Shown piece after piece: positions 41,039 to 52,862 of a stretch of DNA of 64,000 bases (position 1 is its first letter; every line of letters begins with the position of its first letter). The position numbers and the translations under genes are program-made. The DNA is from a virus. The notes under the pieces are model-generated. The model did no database searches and was not told where the DNA came from. It saw only the letters and a list, made by a program, of their open reading frames with translations. The DNA lies in the UHGV virus genome UHGV-0213541. One strand, written 5' to 3'.

Positions 41039-41782
41039 TCAGTGTGCCTCCTTTAGCAACCTGTTGGCTATCTCGTTGATGTTATCTGTAGATGTCTTGA
41101 TTTTGTCATAGGCATCGGTCTTTTGCTTTTCTATGGCGGTAAGGTCGCGGGCTAGGTCATCGCGCATCATGGCGTACAGCTTTGACTGTTCTTCATATTT
41201 TTTGACCCGCTTGGCCCTTTCGCGTGCCAAGTCCTTTTCTGTTATATGCTCATCGACCAAGCTTAGTGCTCGTACAAAGTCCAGAAAGTTTAGAGAAAAC
41301 CTCTTACCGCGATATTCAAAACTGTAAAAAGTAATGTCATTCTGTGGATTGATGAACTGAAAATTCTCAGGGTGCAGCTTGTACATCTTTTTAAAGGTAC
41401 TGTATGGAATGCGTGGGGTGTTGTCGAAAACGCCGTCTACTTGTTTGTAACAGGCAAGTAGCTCTACGAGCGGGAAATTGTTGTAGTAAGATACGAAGTT
41501 GCAAATAGTTAAGAAACAAATAACAAAGCATACGATAAGTCCAAAAGAAAACACCGCATAGTTTGCTTTGCCCTCGCTCGCAAAGAGTTCCGCAGCCATG
41601 CGATACTCGGTATATGTACAAGCAATAGAGCTTATATCAGTAAAAATGAACAAAGCCACAGACAGTATTGATGGCATTAGAAGTCCGGGCAGCTTATAAA
41701 TCTCATGTATCCGGTCTGATGTCCGCACAAACACTATGGTTGCGATAAAAAATATCAGGATATTGGTCAGTATGGTTGTCAC
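41039..41782 (-). CDS. Multi-TM membrane protein with C-terminal coiled coil
   Basis: Three hydrophobic segments, then a charged helix. Confidence 0.6.
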   Translation of the reverse strand: MTTILTNILIFFIATIVFVRTSDRIHEIYKLPGLLMPSILSVALFIFTDISSIACTYTEYRMAAELFASEGKANYAVFSFGLIVCFVICFLTICNFVSYYNNFPLVELLACYKQVDGVFDNTPRIPYSTFKKMYKLHPENFQFINPQNDITFYSFEYRGKRFSLNFLDFVRALSLVDEHITEKDLARERAKRVKKYEEQSKLYAMMRDDLARDLTAIEKQKTDAYDKIKTSTDNINEIANRLLKEAH

Positions 41783-43653
41783 TTCTTTAGCCTCGCTTTC
41801 CAGTCTGCGCATGTGCAGTCACCATCTACAAAATCCGCGGCGTATGGGCTGTCGGCACCGCAGCACGCTCCGGTGAACGGCTCCCAGTGTTTGCAGGTGG
41901 AACAGATGCGACGCTCTGTGTGTCTGTCAAGAAAATTAAGGTAATCATGGACAATACCGTAGAACAGGCTCGGTTCGTTTACCTTAGCCCACTCTATAGC
42001 ATCATCAACGACTGATTTGTATTCTGCAGCTTCTTCAGGCCGCATAGTATTGACAAAGTTATGGGCAAATTGGCGTGTGATTTTTCTTGCGCGTGTGATG
42101 GTCATGTCAGTCACCCCAGTCGATAGGCCAGCCGCAGTTGCCACAGAACTTGTTGTTGCCACCTTCCATATTTAACACTCCGTTAATAGAACCACAGTGT
42201 CTGCAGCAGTTATAACTTCCGTTTGTGCTGATTGTAGCCGGGGCTGGTCCCGGCATTCTATCGGCCACATAGTCTATTACTTCACATGCGACGAAATATG
42301 TATCGTTGTCTTTGGGGCTGCTGCGTCTTAGGTCTTCAGCAATGTGGTGCAGATCGCTTCGTGAGATAAAATCAGTCATTGGTTGAGGCCTCCTTTGGCT
42401 TAGTGGCAAGAATTTCATCAATGTCAAACATTCCAATACTCGGCAACCCTTTAAATAGATAGTCTGGAAGTTCAAACTTTGAATTTTGAGTAACAGCACT
42501 AACCTTGTGGAATGTGTCGATCTTGATCATCTCGTACCCAAGTGCCTTACAGAACTCTGCTGCCTGATAGTCAAGTGCTGTATAGTGAAAGTTGAGGTTA
42601 TACCAATCAGTCGGCGGGTAGGCTAAGATACCGCATCCGCCACAATCATCACAATCATAAAAGATACATTTATCACAACTCTGTTGTCTGTCGCAGTGGT
42701 CGCGTAATATTTTGATGGCTCTGTTTAGTTTTTTTATATCAAGCATCATTGCCACGCTCCTCTCCTGCGATGTCCTCCAGCCTGATGGCCTCGCCATATT
42801 TAAGCGCCTGGAAAGAATCTCGCGTGATTTCGTCAACGTATGGTGTACTTCCGTCATCATTGATCTTTATCACTGTGATTGCTGTGTGTCCGTCAGGCCG
42901 TATCGTTTTTGTCGCGGTAACGTATCCCATCATGATAAGAGCCTTAGCGAGTGTGATGTCAGCGGCGGTCCAGCGTTGTGTAGAAAAGTGCGGCCACACC
43001 GCCGGATGTGAATAAGTTATTAAAAAACACGTACCATTACTTTTATCACGAAAAAAGCACTGTTTGCATTCTGTCTCGTGGCAATAGTCTCTGATTTTAT
43101 TCGCGGCATCGCAGATTTCCTGCTGGCTATATGTATTACTCACAGCGGCATGTCCCCCTTGTCAAAGTCTCGCTGGATTGCGTGTCCAGTTTCAGGCGGA
43201 ACAGGCCGGTACTTATTCATGTCAGCATAGCCAGTGATCATGCGTAGGCTCTGGCTGACCTCCAGCATCGTCTGTTCGCGGTCTACGAAATGCCGGTCTG
43301 AGAAGTTTACGATGTCCTCGATGAAGTCTGCGATCATGTGTCGCATCTCCTCGCGGTAGTATGCAGTGTTGCGGTTGATAAAATCAGTGTAGCGGTCAGA
43401 ATCGTTCATAGCGGTATTCTCCTTGTATGTAAATTATTTAATTTTTTGCCCCTACATGCGCCACTGGGCCATCGGGGTCATACTTCTCTAAGCTGTAGTC
43501 GGCGGCAATCTTGCTAAACACATCAGCAAAGCTTTCTAGAGCAGAGTCGCGGTCTTTGTCGTGGGCGTCTGCAATCAGAACGATCTGCCGTATCGTGTCT
43601 GCGGTAAGCTGTGCCATTGTCAGGGTGTACGGGCTGTATTCTTCGTAGTTCAT
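41779..43653 (-). CDS. Six small hypothetical genes (43653-43438, 43409-43140, 43143-42739, 42749-42372, 42379-42107, 42105-41779), four of them Cys-rich
   Basis: Coupled ORFs with SDs; 43143-42739 and 42749-42372 resemble 34006-33620. Confidence 0.55.
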
Positions 43654-43674
43654 GCGGCGGTCTCTCCTACTTCA

Positions 43675-43902
43675 TCAAATAGTAAACTTGCGGTCTATGT
43701 AATCGCTCATAGCGGCCTTGAGGACTGGCGTATCAAAAAACGCGAAGCAGTTCTTGTCAGGTCGCTTTTTGTTTTGCTCAATCCGGATCAAGTAGAAGCC
43801 CCGCATCATCAGGTAGCCCGCCATGCGCGGTGAGTAGATCATAATCACATCGCGCTTGGCGCTGTCAGCTGCGTGGGCGGTCATAGTGGGTGTCTTGTCC
43901 AT
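43675..43902 (-). CDS. DUF5659-like protein
   Basis: IYSPRMAGYLMMRGFYL...FAFFDTPVLKAAMSDY. Confidence 0.7.
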   Translation of the reverse strand: MDKTPTMTAHAADSAKRDVIMIYSPRMAGYLMMRGFYLIRIEQNKKRPDKNCFAFFDTPVLKAAMSDYIDRKFTI

Positions 43903-43963
43903 GGGTAAACTCCTTAATGCTTAATGCTATATATATAAAGGTATGTGGGTTGGCGGGCGGCGC

Positions 43964-44389
43964 TCAACAGAACTCGCCACGCTGGAAACGATAACCATCT
44001 GGGTCGGCGTATTCCCCTTCCCAATGTCGGCAATGGGTATTGTCGTTATCGGCCTCGCATCGCCAGTTGCCAGTGTAGTGCCCTGTGGCGGGGTCAAAGA
44101 CTTTGGGCGTCTCAAAGTTGATAACGCGGCGCTTGAACTCAGGCCAAGTATATTCGTTCCCATATTCATCAAAAATGGCGATGTCAGACATGTGCTCGTA
44201 GTAGAACTTGTCAAGGTCACGAACGCTGTGGATTTGTGGGTGCTCCTCAAAGATAGGTTTCCACCCACAGCTGGTCTTGGCGATGTGCAGCTCCCAGGCG
44301 TCTTTGTGCCGGTCTATCGGTTCCGCACGTGGCCCCATCATCCTGGCCACGGCCTTGTTGCGTGTATAGAAGTAAAAATTAGTTCCCAT
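43964..44389 (-). CDS. Conserved phage hypothetical protein
   Basis: MGTNFY...LHIAKTSCGW...IFDEYG...EF; SD AAGGAG. Confidence 0.7.
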   Translation of the reverse strand: MGTNFYFYTRNKAVARMMGPRAEPIDRHKDAWELHIAKTSCGWKPIFEEHPQIHSVRDLDKFYYEHMSDIAIFDEYGNEYTWPEFKRRVINFETPKVFDPATGHYTGNWRCEADNDNTHCRHWEGEYADPDGYRFQRGEFC

Positions 44390-44472
44390 TGGTGTTCTCC
44401 TTATAGCTTGAAATATGTGTTTTGAAACTGTAAAAAAGTTTTCCCGGGCGGTGTCCGTTTGGATTGCCGGAC

Positions 44473-45363
44473 TTAGCTAATAGCGGCGTCAACGCACAGT
44501 GCGGCTGCATCAATCTGATCTTGCTGTAGGCCAAGGTAATGCATGGTGGTTGTCTGGCTATCATGGTGGTACTTAGCCTGCATAATCTCCATGACTTGGT
44601 TCGTTGGCAGACCGGATTCAATCAATGCCTTGTTCGCCATGTAACCGTAGGTCTTACGCATGGTATGTGTACTGATGTTGCCCTGAACTCCGCAGGCTTT
44701 TGCTGCCTCTGTGAGCATACGATATACCTGAGTTTTGGTCAGGTGATTTGTCATACCGCCAGCTCTTACCCACTTCTGTGTCTGGAACAACGGCCACTCT
44801 GGGTCAAGTACGCCAGACTGCTGGGCACGGATCACGTTGACAAGGTCATCGATCGCCTGCGCTGCATGCGGCGTGATAAGGTCAGTGGTGTTTTTCAGTG
44901 TTTTCTCGTTGACAACATTGGCGTGCTTGCGGACAGCGCCGGTGGTCACATCATATACATCGCCAATTTTTAGCTTGACGATATCGCCCACACGAAGGCC
45001 CAGTGTAATGCCACATATATATAAGGTATAGTTACGCTGGCGGTTGCGGATGTTGCCATGTGTCAAGAGATAGTCTCCGATAGCGTGGATGTCATCGACA
45101 CTGCGGAGTGGATCAGCGGCTGTTGGCTTGGGGCGACCATCACTGGTAAGTTTGGATGTGTCAGCATAGCAGTTATGTTTCTTGTGGGGCTTTGGGGTTG
45201 CAGGAACTGCTGGGACTACCTGATAGCCTGTTGCCTGGGCGAGGGCCTCCATGATGGGGTTAGTGCCGTCCGCGGCTTTGGCATTGACGATTGCCTTGGC
45301 GAGGGCTGTTACGAGGGCATCCTGCGGGTTGGTGGTCGTGAGGGTAGTGTTTTGGCGTTTCAT
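44473..45363 (-). CDS. Tyrosine recombinase/integrase (short, catalytic-domain type)
   Basis: GLRVGDI (R), NEKT (K), HTMRKTYG (HxxR), YHHDS (H), TMHYLG (Y). Confidence 0.9.
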   Translation of the reverse strand: MKRQNTTLTTTNPQDALVTALAKAIVNAKAADGTNPIMEALAQATGYQVVPAVPATPKPHKKHNCYADTSKLTSDGRPKPTAADPLRSVDDIHAIGDYLLTHGNIRNRQRNYTLYICGITLGLRVGDIVKLKIGDVYDVTTGAVRKHANVVNEKTLKNTTDLITPHAAQAIDDLVNVIRAQQSGVLDPEWPLFQTQKWVRAGGMTNHLTKTQVYRMLTEAAKACGVQGNISTHTMRKTYGYMANKALIESGLPTNQVMEIMQAKYHHDSQTTTMHYLGLQQDQIDAAALCVDAAIS

Positions 45364-45420
45364 GGTGGTGTCTCCTTTGGATGATGGGTGATTTTGGTGT
45401 CTGAGTGGTTCTTTACTAGT

Positions 45421-45449
45421 ATTATAACACTTCACACCACATAATTCAA
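45421..45449 (-). promoter_or_regulatory. Sigma-A-type promoter of the recombinase gene
   Basis: TTGAAT-17 nt-TATAAT with TG extended -10. Confidence 0.75.
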
Positions 45450-46972
45450 GCGGTTAATGACAAAAAAATGCCCGATCGCCTATAAAAATGACGGTCAGTA
45501 GCTAAAATGCGGATGTTTCGGCGTGTGTGTGGTGAAATTGCTTGAAATTAAACGATAATTCGATGTTTTTGAACGGAATTGAGCGAAAATAAGACGTTTT
45601 GCGGTGCTAAAGTGACAATATTGGCATAAAATAGCACGATATTGATGTGCTGCGAGAGTGCGGAAAACGGCGCAGGTATGCGGTTTGCTCGAAGTGGTAG
45701 TCCGATGGCTGGATAGGGGTTAGGAGACGGAGGGGAATGGAGAATTGTTGCGAATGTGATGGTGGAAGGTAGGTTGTGGATTGGTGGGGTATGGGCCGAG
45801 AGTGTGAATGGATGACTGTGGGAAAAAGCGGCGTAGAATCGCCATATTCTTTTTTTATCCAGCCCCCACTATGTAACCTTTTCCGGGAAGGTTGCATGAT
45901 CAAAAAATACACGTTGTCACGTGCAAAACAGTCATGCCGGACGTCGTTTGGACGCCAAAAAATGTGTGTACGTAGCAACGTCATTTTTTTATTGCAAAAA
46001 ATTTCTCAAAAATCCTGTTTTTCAACGTTACAGCGTTATAAACACAATATATGGTAAAATTTCCCTTCCTTATATAGCACGCAAGGCAAGTTTATAAATT
46101 TGTGCTTTTTCGTTCTATGTGGTTTTATAGGTTTGCAATCAGTTAGTGATTGCCGCGGCGACGAACGCAAAAAATCCCTTGCAAAATGTAGATAGAAAAA
46201 CAACATACGCAAAACGGTTATTGCAATACGCTGATAGTTAGTTGTTATTTTATCGAATGTTACAACGTGTTAGAAACGTGCACTAACTGAAAAAGCACGG
46301 GGCGCAAGTCTTGCAAACTTGCCCGATACTTTGACAATAGCATATTGAACTACACAATTTTCTGTAGAATACGCGGGGCGCGGTAACACGTGCAACGCAG
46401 TGGCAAACTACAAAAGCAACATGGGGCGGATAAAACCACAACATATTGTAACAAAAAAATGTGCAAGCATTATGCAATTATAACGCGCACGGGGCTGTAT
46501 ATCCCGCCCCGATTGTATCGCAATAGCGGTTTAAAGCGTAAAGTCTATAAAACATTATCCCAAAAATGACAGATTATAGACTAGAAAAGTAAAGCCCTAA
46601 CACTGTAAAGGGCAGATTACACGTTTATAGCGTGTTTCTCTTGCTGGTTAGACAGTTGGCAACAGAAGGGATAAAAACTATAACTAGAATTGCAAGCTCG
46701 TTTACATTTGACGAGTGGCGTAAACTGTGTAAAAACGTTTACTAAGACACACACAAAAGACTTTCATTAGGTTGCGCGTGGCAGCAGAAACGGTACTACA
46801 TAGGCTCGCACTAGCGCAACGTATACGGCGAACGTATACGGCGGTACAAGTCACTTTTACATAGAAAATCAGCCCCTGACCGTCAAAAGTCGGGGGTTGT
46901 TTTGTGTGCAAAAGTTGTACACACAAAAACCACAACATAGGGCAAAAAGCCCGCAAAAGAAAGGAAACTACT

Positions 46973-47818
46973 ATGACTACCATTATTCTGACCGCTATTG
47001 CCACTGCCGCCGTCAATGCCAGCAAGGAAGGCAAAAATTCCGCCAAAACTATCTGCCGTTTTGTCCGTAAAGACACCGGCCTGACTGCCAAGCCCAAAGC
47101 CCCTGAAGGTGTCGATATTCCAAACACTGACTATGTCAACTTCTGCAATGCCGTCAAGTTCACCTATAACGCGGCTTGCAACCTGAACGCCAACACCAAC
47201 CCGAAGGCCGCCCAAGCCCTGACTTCCGCCCTGTATACCTGCGTGGGCGACTTGCTGAAACTGATCGACCCGTCTATTAAGCTCAATGAGCTTCCGGTCT
47301 CTGTCCGTGCCGACGGTTCTACCGCTGTCCAGTTGGTAGAGGACATCCGTGCAAACGCCAAACGTGTAAAGTTCTATAAGATCGGCGAAGAACGTTACCG
47401 CGAAGAGAACAAGACCCTCAGCCAGTTTGCCCACTACATCGAAGGCCAGCTGTACACTATCGCCCTGCATACTACCTTTGCCGCTGATTATGAGCGCGAG
47501 TACAACCGTGCCAAGGCCAGTCTGCCCGCTCGTATTGCCAAGGCCGAAGAGACTGGCAAGACCCTTGCCAAGACCCTTGCTGACGCCGAGACCAAACTGA
47601 ACGCCGCCAAGTCCAAGGGCTTCAAGTCTGCCATTGCCAAGGCCGAGAAGGCGTATGCTGCCGCCAAAACCGACGCCGACGCCAACGCTGACCGCGTACA
47701 GTCTCTGAAGGATAAGCTGTCCAAGGCAGAGAAGGCATACGCCGATGCCAAGGCTGCCGCCGAGTCCGTCCCCGCTGTCAAGGCCGACGAGAGCAAGGCC
47801 GAGAACGCCGCCGCCTAA
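46973..47818 (+). CDS. First gene of the rightward arm; Ala/Lys-rich coiled-coil C-terminus
   Basis: SD AGAAAGGA; strong codon bias; AKAEKAYA repeats. Confidence 0.75.
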   Translation: MTTIILTAIATAAVNASKEGKNSAKTICRFVRKDTGLTAKPKAPEGVDIPNTDYVNFCNAVKFTYNAACNLNANTNPKAAQALTSALYTCVGDLLKLIDPSIKLNELPVSVRADGSTAVQLVEDIRANAKRVKFYKIGEERYREENKTLSQFAHYIEGQLYTIALHTTFAADYEREYNRAKASLPARIAKAEETGKTLAKTLADAETKLNAAKSKGFKSAIAKAEKAYAAAKTDADANADRVQSLKDKLSKAEKAYADAKAAAESVPAVKADESKAENAAA

Positions 47819-47911
47819 TAGCAGACTATGCCCGGAGTTGGTAGGCCGGGGGAAGGAAGTATCCTACCACCATAACCGAAAAATCACCAAACCAAGAAAG
47901 GAAGTACAACC

Positions 47912-50304
47912 ATGACTAACAACACCCTCCGCCTTTTCCCCGTCCGTTTCCAGCTCTCCGACGGCACCATCTACCGCACGACTGTCCCCGCCTACTCCAA
48001 CGGCGGTGCCGAAAACAAGATCCTGGACCTTCTGCCCGGCAAGTGTGTCCGCTGCCTGGCTTTTGATTCTACCGGCAAGGATGAATCCGTTGCCGACTCC
48101 CTCTATCCGAACCCCTTCAGCATCGACTGCATGGAGGTCTACCGCCTTGCCCAGTGACCGCCAAGTCTGACATAGAAAACGAGCCGTTGACCTGATTCGT
48201 TGACGGCTTTTTTGTGTGCCAAACCGGCATGATTTCAATCGGCATAGTCACCGCTGTGCCCATCCAAGAAAGGAAGTTCACCATGTTTCAAATCACCATT
48301 GGCTACAACCGTGCCCACATCATGCACCTCGAACCCATCCGCACCGTTGCCCTCCAGGACGAAGCGAACGAATTTGCCCGCCACTTGGCAAGCAATATGA
48401 TCTACGCCCTGACCACTGATCGTTTCTGTGACGGCTTTTCCGACGCCGACCCCTTTACCGCATCCCTGACCGACTACGAAAAGAGTGTCCTCTACTCGGT
48501 GTTCCTTGCCAAGCCGGATGATTTCTGGTTCCATGTCATCGACGACCAGACCGGCGAGCTTGTCAATATCGACGACGACGAGTACCCCAACGAACCCATC
48601 GAGCCGTGTCCGATTGAAACCGACGACCCGGATGACCAGCCCCGGAACGAAATCACCGAGTTTATCTGCGAGTTTCCGAACCGGCATGACCTCGTTTCCA
48701 AGCTGGCCGTATGGTGCTTTGAGCAGAATATCACCTGCACCCAGGAATACTACCGCGTCCATGTCTGGACCGAAAACGAAACCGAGCGGCAGGCCGTCAT
48801 GGACTGGATGAACGAGCATCGCGACGACCCATTGCCGCGTGAATTCTCTATCCACTTTGGAGAAGGTGAAGCCGAGTACAACCGGATGCTGACCTTCTCC
48901 GACTGCTTCGACAGCCGCGGCCTGAAGTGCCGCATCCGCCGTCACAACATGTATGTCACCGTGACTAACGACGAAGATATCCAGTTCATCATCCGTTTCC
49001 TGAACAAAGTAAATTGATTTTGATTTCAAAAAAGGAAGCACCACCATGAAAAAGACCATCATCCGCACCATCGCCACCATCACCATCGACACTGCCACCG
49101 TTCTCGCCACCACCTACCGCACCACGATGCAGAACATTCAGGTGGAAGTTGCCCGCGATACCGTTTACCTCACCGTGTTCGGCCAGACCGACGAATATGT
49201 GATTGGAGAGTGAACTGCCATGAATGAGTTTGAGGACGTCCTCATCACCATCCAGGTGAAAAACGATTTCGAAACCGCCGAGACCTGCTTCACCACCACG
49301 ATGACCGACACAAAAGCCTACGCCCTGCTCAATGAACTCCGCGGCTGGCATACGGACACCGGGGGAGATATCCTGACAACGATCCGGCACATCGCAGAGG
49401 GGCAAGCCTACCTCATGGGCTACCACCTGACCAATGTCGCCAGCGCTGAAATCCTGCATTGATTCCGAATCAGCTTGAAAACGAAAGGCACAGTGATTGT
49501 AATGACATACGACGAATACCTCAATGCCTGTCTCAAGTTTGCCAAGGATACCGAAAACTGGTCATGGCTCGATAGAAGCCGCTGGTTCACCACGAATGGC
49601 GACAGTGACTATGAGGAGTCCTGCGACAATGCAAACGGCGGAATCGACGTTGCCTGGGCTTATAAAATGGATCCTGATAAAGTCCGTAAGTACGCCCCGC
49701 AGGAATTCATGGACCGCTGTGTTGAGTTCCTCGACATGGCACTGAACGATCCCAGCGCCGCAAATGATTTCGTCAAGATGGCCTACGACCTGTTCAGCTA
49801 ACATCAACTCAATATGACCCACTCCGCATCCAGCGCCTCATCGCGTCGGGTGCTTTTTTGTTTGCCAATACAATCAAAATATTATTAACGAGGTGCTTTA
49901 AAATGAAATTCGTTTCCCATGTGCTGTCCGTTTTCCTGTACACAATCCCGATCCTCTTATTCCTTGCCGCAGTGGCCGGTGTACTCTACGCTTCCGAACA
50001 TCTGCCCGGTTGGTGCATCCTTCCCCTGTTCGCCCTCGACGCTTATATCATGTGGAAGGAGCTGAAATAAATGCCAACCGCACCGTTTAGCAAGCAGATC
50101 GTCCTCTGGGGCGATTCCCGCATCACCGCAAATATCACCGAGGCCGAAGCCTTCCACACCTGGGCCGAGAACGAAGGCATTTCCCATCGCTTTGATGTGG
50201 ATATGGATAAACTCTGGCTCACCGTTTACGCCACCAGCACCGCGCAAATCGACACCTGCAATGACTGGCTGTCCGCCCACCGCACCGGCTGCTACACCGC
50301 TTAG
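47912..50304 (+). CDS. Seven putative early hypothetical genes (47912-48157, 48283-49017, 49046-49213, 49220-49462, 49502-49801, 49903-50070, 50071-50304)
   Basis: SDs; C-ending codon bias on the + strand. Confidence 0.6.
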
Positions 50305-50312
50305 AAAGGAAC

Positions 50313-51287
50313 ATGAGTATGAAATTCAATACCGTTACCAAGACCCTGCTGCATGAGAATCCCAAGGCCCTGCAATTCCTGCACTATGCCTCCGGGTTTG
50401 ATTTTAATTCCCCATTCCATGTCTCCAGTGGAACGGGACGATTCACTTTCAATAGGGTCATGGCCCAGGTGTCCTCCGTCATCAAAGGCCCTGTCAATGT
50501 AGCGCTGTTCGTCAAAGTGAACAACCGCTATCTGCCGCAGTTGTATTATGTTCCTGTTGGAAACTCCGGCTTCAAACCTACAAAGTCCGGTCTGCGGAAC
50601 ACCTACTACTACAACGTAAATGAATTCAATACGCAGCGCAGCTTTGAGGAAGTCCGTAAGAACGAAACTGACCACTATTACATCGTGACCCAGTCAAAAT
50701 CCTACAGCAAACCGTGGCATGAAAAGCAGTTTGATTACAATGCCCGCTATGAAGTTCTTAAAACTTATCCGGGCAGTATCAACGGCACGTATTATATCTA
50801 CGATCTCGATATCATTGACAAAGGCACTATGCCCCGCTATGTCAGTATCACACCGAATAAATTTCTTTACCCTCGTGAGCTGGAAGCCGCCGGAACCGAT
50901 GTTCACAACTACATTGACAAATCCGGTTACTATATCAGCTACTTCCGCCATGAGCTACATGAGCGTCTGCGTGACTATAAAAAGAACAATGCTCGCCAGC
51001 TTGTCTTGCAATTCGACTTCACGGCCATACTGCACGACCTTGATTCCAAAACGAAAGAAATCAAGCAAGCACTTGTCGCCGCAGCCGATGCCATGCAGAC
51101 CTATGAGGATTGCCGCAAAGTGGAACGAACCGCCTACAACCTTGGCTGTATGTTCCACGGTGCTAATTCCATTCGCCGCAAGATCGACGAAAAAGCGTAC
51201 TGGTCTTTGGACAGCGTTCAGTATGACCTTGAATATTTCACCACGCACTATAAGGATGCCTTGAAAGAACTTGAGAAGGGAGCATGA
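50313..51287 (+). CDS. Hypothetical protein (324 aa)
   Basis: SD AGAAAGGA; long ORF. Confidence 0.7.
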   Translation: MSMKFNTVTKTLLHENPKALQFLHYASGFDFNSPFHVSSGTGRFTFNRVMAQVSSVIKGPVNVALFVKVNNRYLPQLYYVPVGNSGFKPTKSGLRNTYYYNVNEFNTQRSFEEVRKNETDHYYIVTQSKSYSKPWHEKQFDYNARYEVLKTYPGSINGTYYIYDLDIIDKGTMPRYVSITPNKFLYPRELEAAGTDVHNYIDKSGYYISYFRHELHERLRDYKKNNARQLVLQFDFTAILHDLDSKTKEIKQALVAAADAMQTYEDCRKVERTAYNLGCMFHGANSIRRKIDEKAYWSLDSVQYDLEYFTTHYKDALKELEKGA

Positions 51288-51290
51288 CCC

Positions 51291-52198
51291 ATGACAACCA
51301 CACAACCCCGCAAAATGACCATCACTGACTACGAAACCCTCAAGGCCAAGAAAAACAAGACCGACCAGGATTATATGCGCCTCAACTTTTTCGAGGAAAA
51401 ATTTTACAACAAATCCGGCGAGCTTGCGAATGAATTCCGTTCCTTTCAGCTCCCAAAACTCCTGGATAAATACGCTGATTATATCGAATCCCCTGACGCC
51501 GTCCGCGCCATTTATGCGAGGATAAACAAACTCGACTATCACAAAGGTGAACTCGTCATGACTGATAAATGGCCGCATCGCAACCATACCGTCACGGTAA
51601 ACGGAATCGATTTTGAATTCCATACCGGAATTGCTCTTGATTACAGCCGCGCCGAGTGCATCTTCAATACGATCGACAGCGTCCTGCATGACTGCATGGA
51701 TGCCGAAAACTACACGCTCGAAGAATTTCTTGAGGAGTTCGGCTATGTCGGCTATGTCGGCACCGGCGAAACCGCGCTTAAAGGCATCGGCGCTTACCAT
51801 GCCATAAAAGAAGAGCGCAAGAAAGCACTGCAAATCTGGAAGCAGGACGAAATCGCAGACTATTGTGCAAATGTCAATTTGTAAAGGGGAACCATACCAT
51901 GACTTATACCGTAAACAAATCTCTGTCCGAATTTCACTTTTGGTCCGGTGCGTGCTACCGTGCCGACAAGCTCACTGTCGAACAGCTTGAGCGTCTTGAC
52001 GACATCATCCCGGAATGGATGGAGTGGGGTGAATACAGTCCGGATGGCCACATTCCCAGCGATGACGAAATCAATAACCTGTTCTGGTTTGATGAAGAAC
52101 TGATTGCCCGGTTGCTCGGCTTCAAAAACTGGAAAGCCCTTGAGCGCCACAACGCCGGTGAAGATGAGGAGGATGAAACCGATGAAGATGAAGCTTGA
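51291..52198 (+). CDS. Two hypothetical genes (51291-51884, 51899-52198)
   Basis: SDs; acidic proteins. Confidence 0.6.
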
Positions 52199-52384
52199 CC
52201 CAATCTACCATCAACCTCGTAGAGGCAACCGCCCTGCACTGCCGAAATGACTTCTATTTCATCAAGGCCCAGCACGAATTCATCCGGCAAGACGCCAAAG
52301 ACTACATCAGCCAGCTCTCCGACACCCTGCAAAGCATCGAAATTTGAGCGCAATATATGTGCTGTTACGAATCGAGGTCTTACC

Positions 52385-52534
52385 ATGAACTACTATGAAC
52401 CTTCCTACGAGGACGCTATTCTCAGCGCACACGAAAGCGAAGCTGATTGCTGCCGCGACTGTATGTATAAAGGCACTGCCTGCTGCAACCAGTGTATGCA
52501 GGTACATACTATCCACAATCCCAACCTGAAATGA
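52385..52534 (+). CDS. Small four-Cys peptide (paralogue A)
   Basis: SYEDAIL...C..C..KG.AC.NQCM....NPNL; SD GAGGT. Confidence 0.65.
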   Translation: MNYYEPSYEDAILSAHESEADCCRDCMYKGTACCNQCMQVHTIHNPNLK

Positions 52535-52546
52535 AAGGAGCGACCA

Positions 52547-52759
52547 ATGGCACTTCGCAAGCCTATCGTATTTGTCACATACAATCGTGATAAAGACTGG
52601 TATGAAATTCAGAACCGCGACCGCGAACTCATCGTTGCCTATCCGTTCAAACGCTGTGAAGCCGACATCTCCCCTGCCAAACAGTACATCCACTACGCAA
52701 TCATCACAAAGCTGGCCGAACTGCAACGTCAGGGCTACGACATCAAGTTTGACCTGTAA
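52547..52759 (+). CDS. Hypothetical protein
   Basis: SD AAAGGAG. Confidence 0.65.
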   Translation: MALRKPIVFVTYNRDKDWYEIQNRDRELIVAYPFKRCEADISPAKQYIHYAIITKLAELQRQGYDIKFDL

Positions 52760-52833
52760 ACAATAAGGAGTCAATATGAATTATAATGACAGCAGCTAGA
52801 CAGTACATATATTGTCATAACGATTTCACCCTA

Positions 52834-52862
52834 TTGACAGAACCATGGTGACGCAGTACAAT
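52834..52862 (+). promoter_or_regulatory. Sigma-A-type promoter
   Basis: TTGACA-17 nt-TACAAT. Confidence 0.75.

Noticed and set aside
44400..45460. Prophage attachment site or host-phage boundary at the recombinase
   Set aside because: Phage-type genes continue on both sides, and no tRNA fragment or host housekeeping gene is visible.
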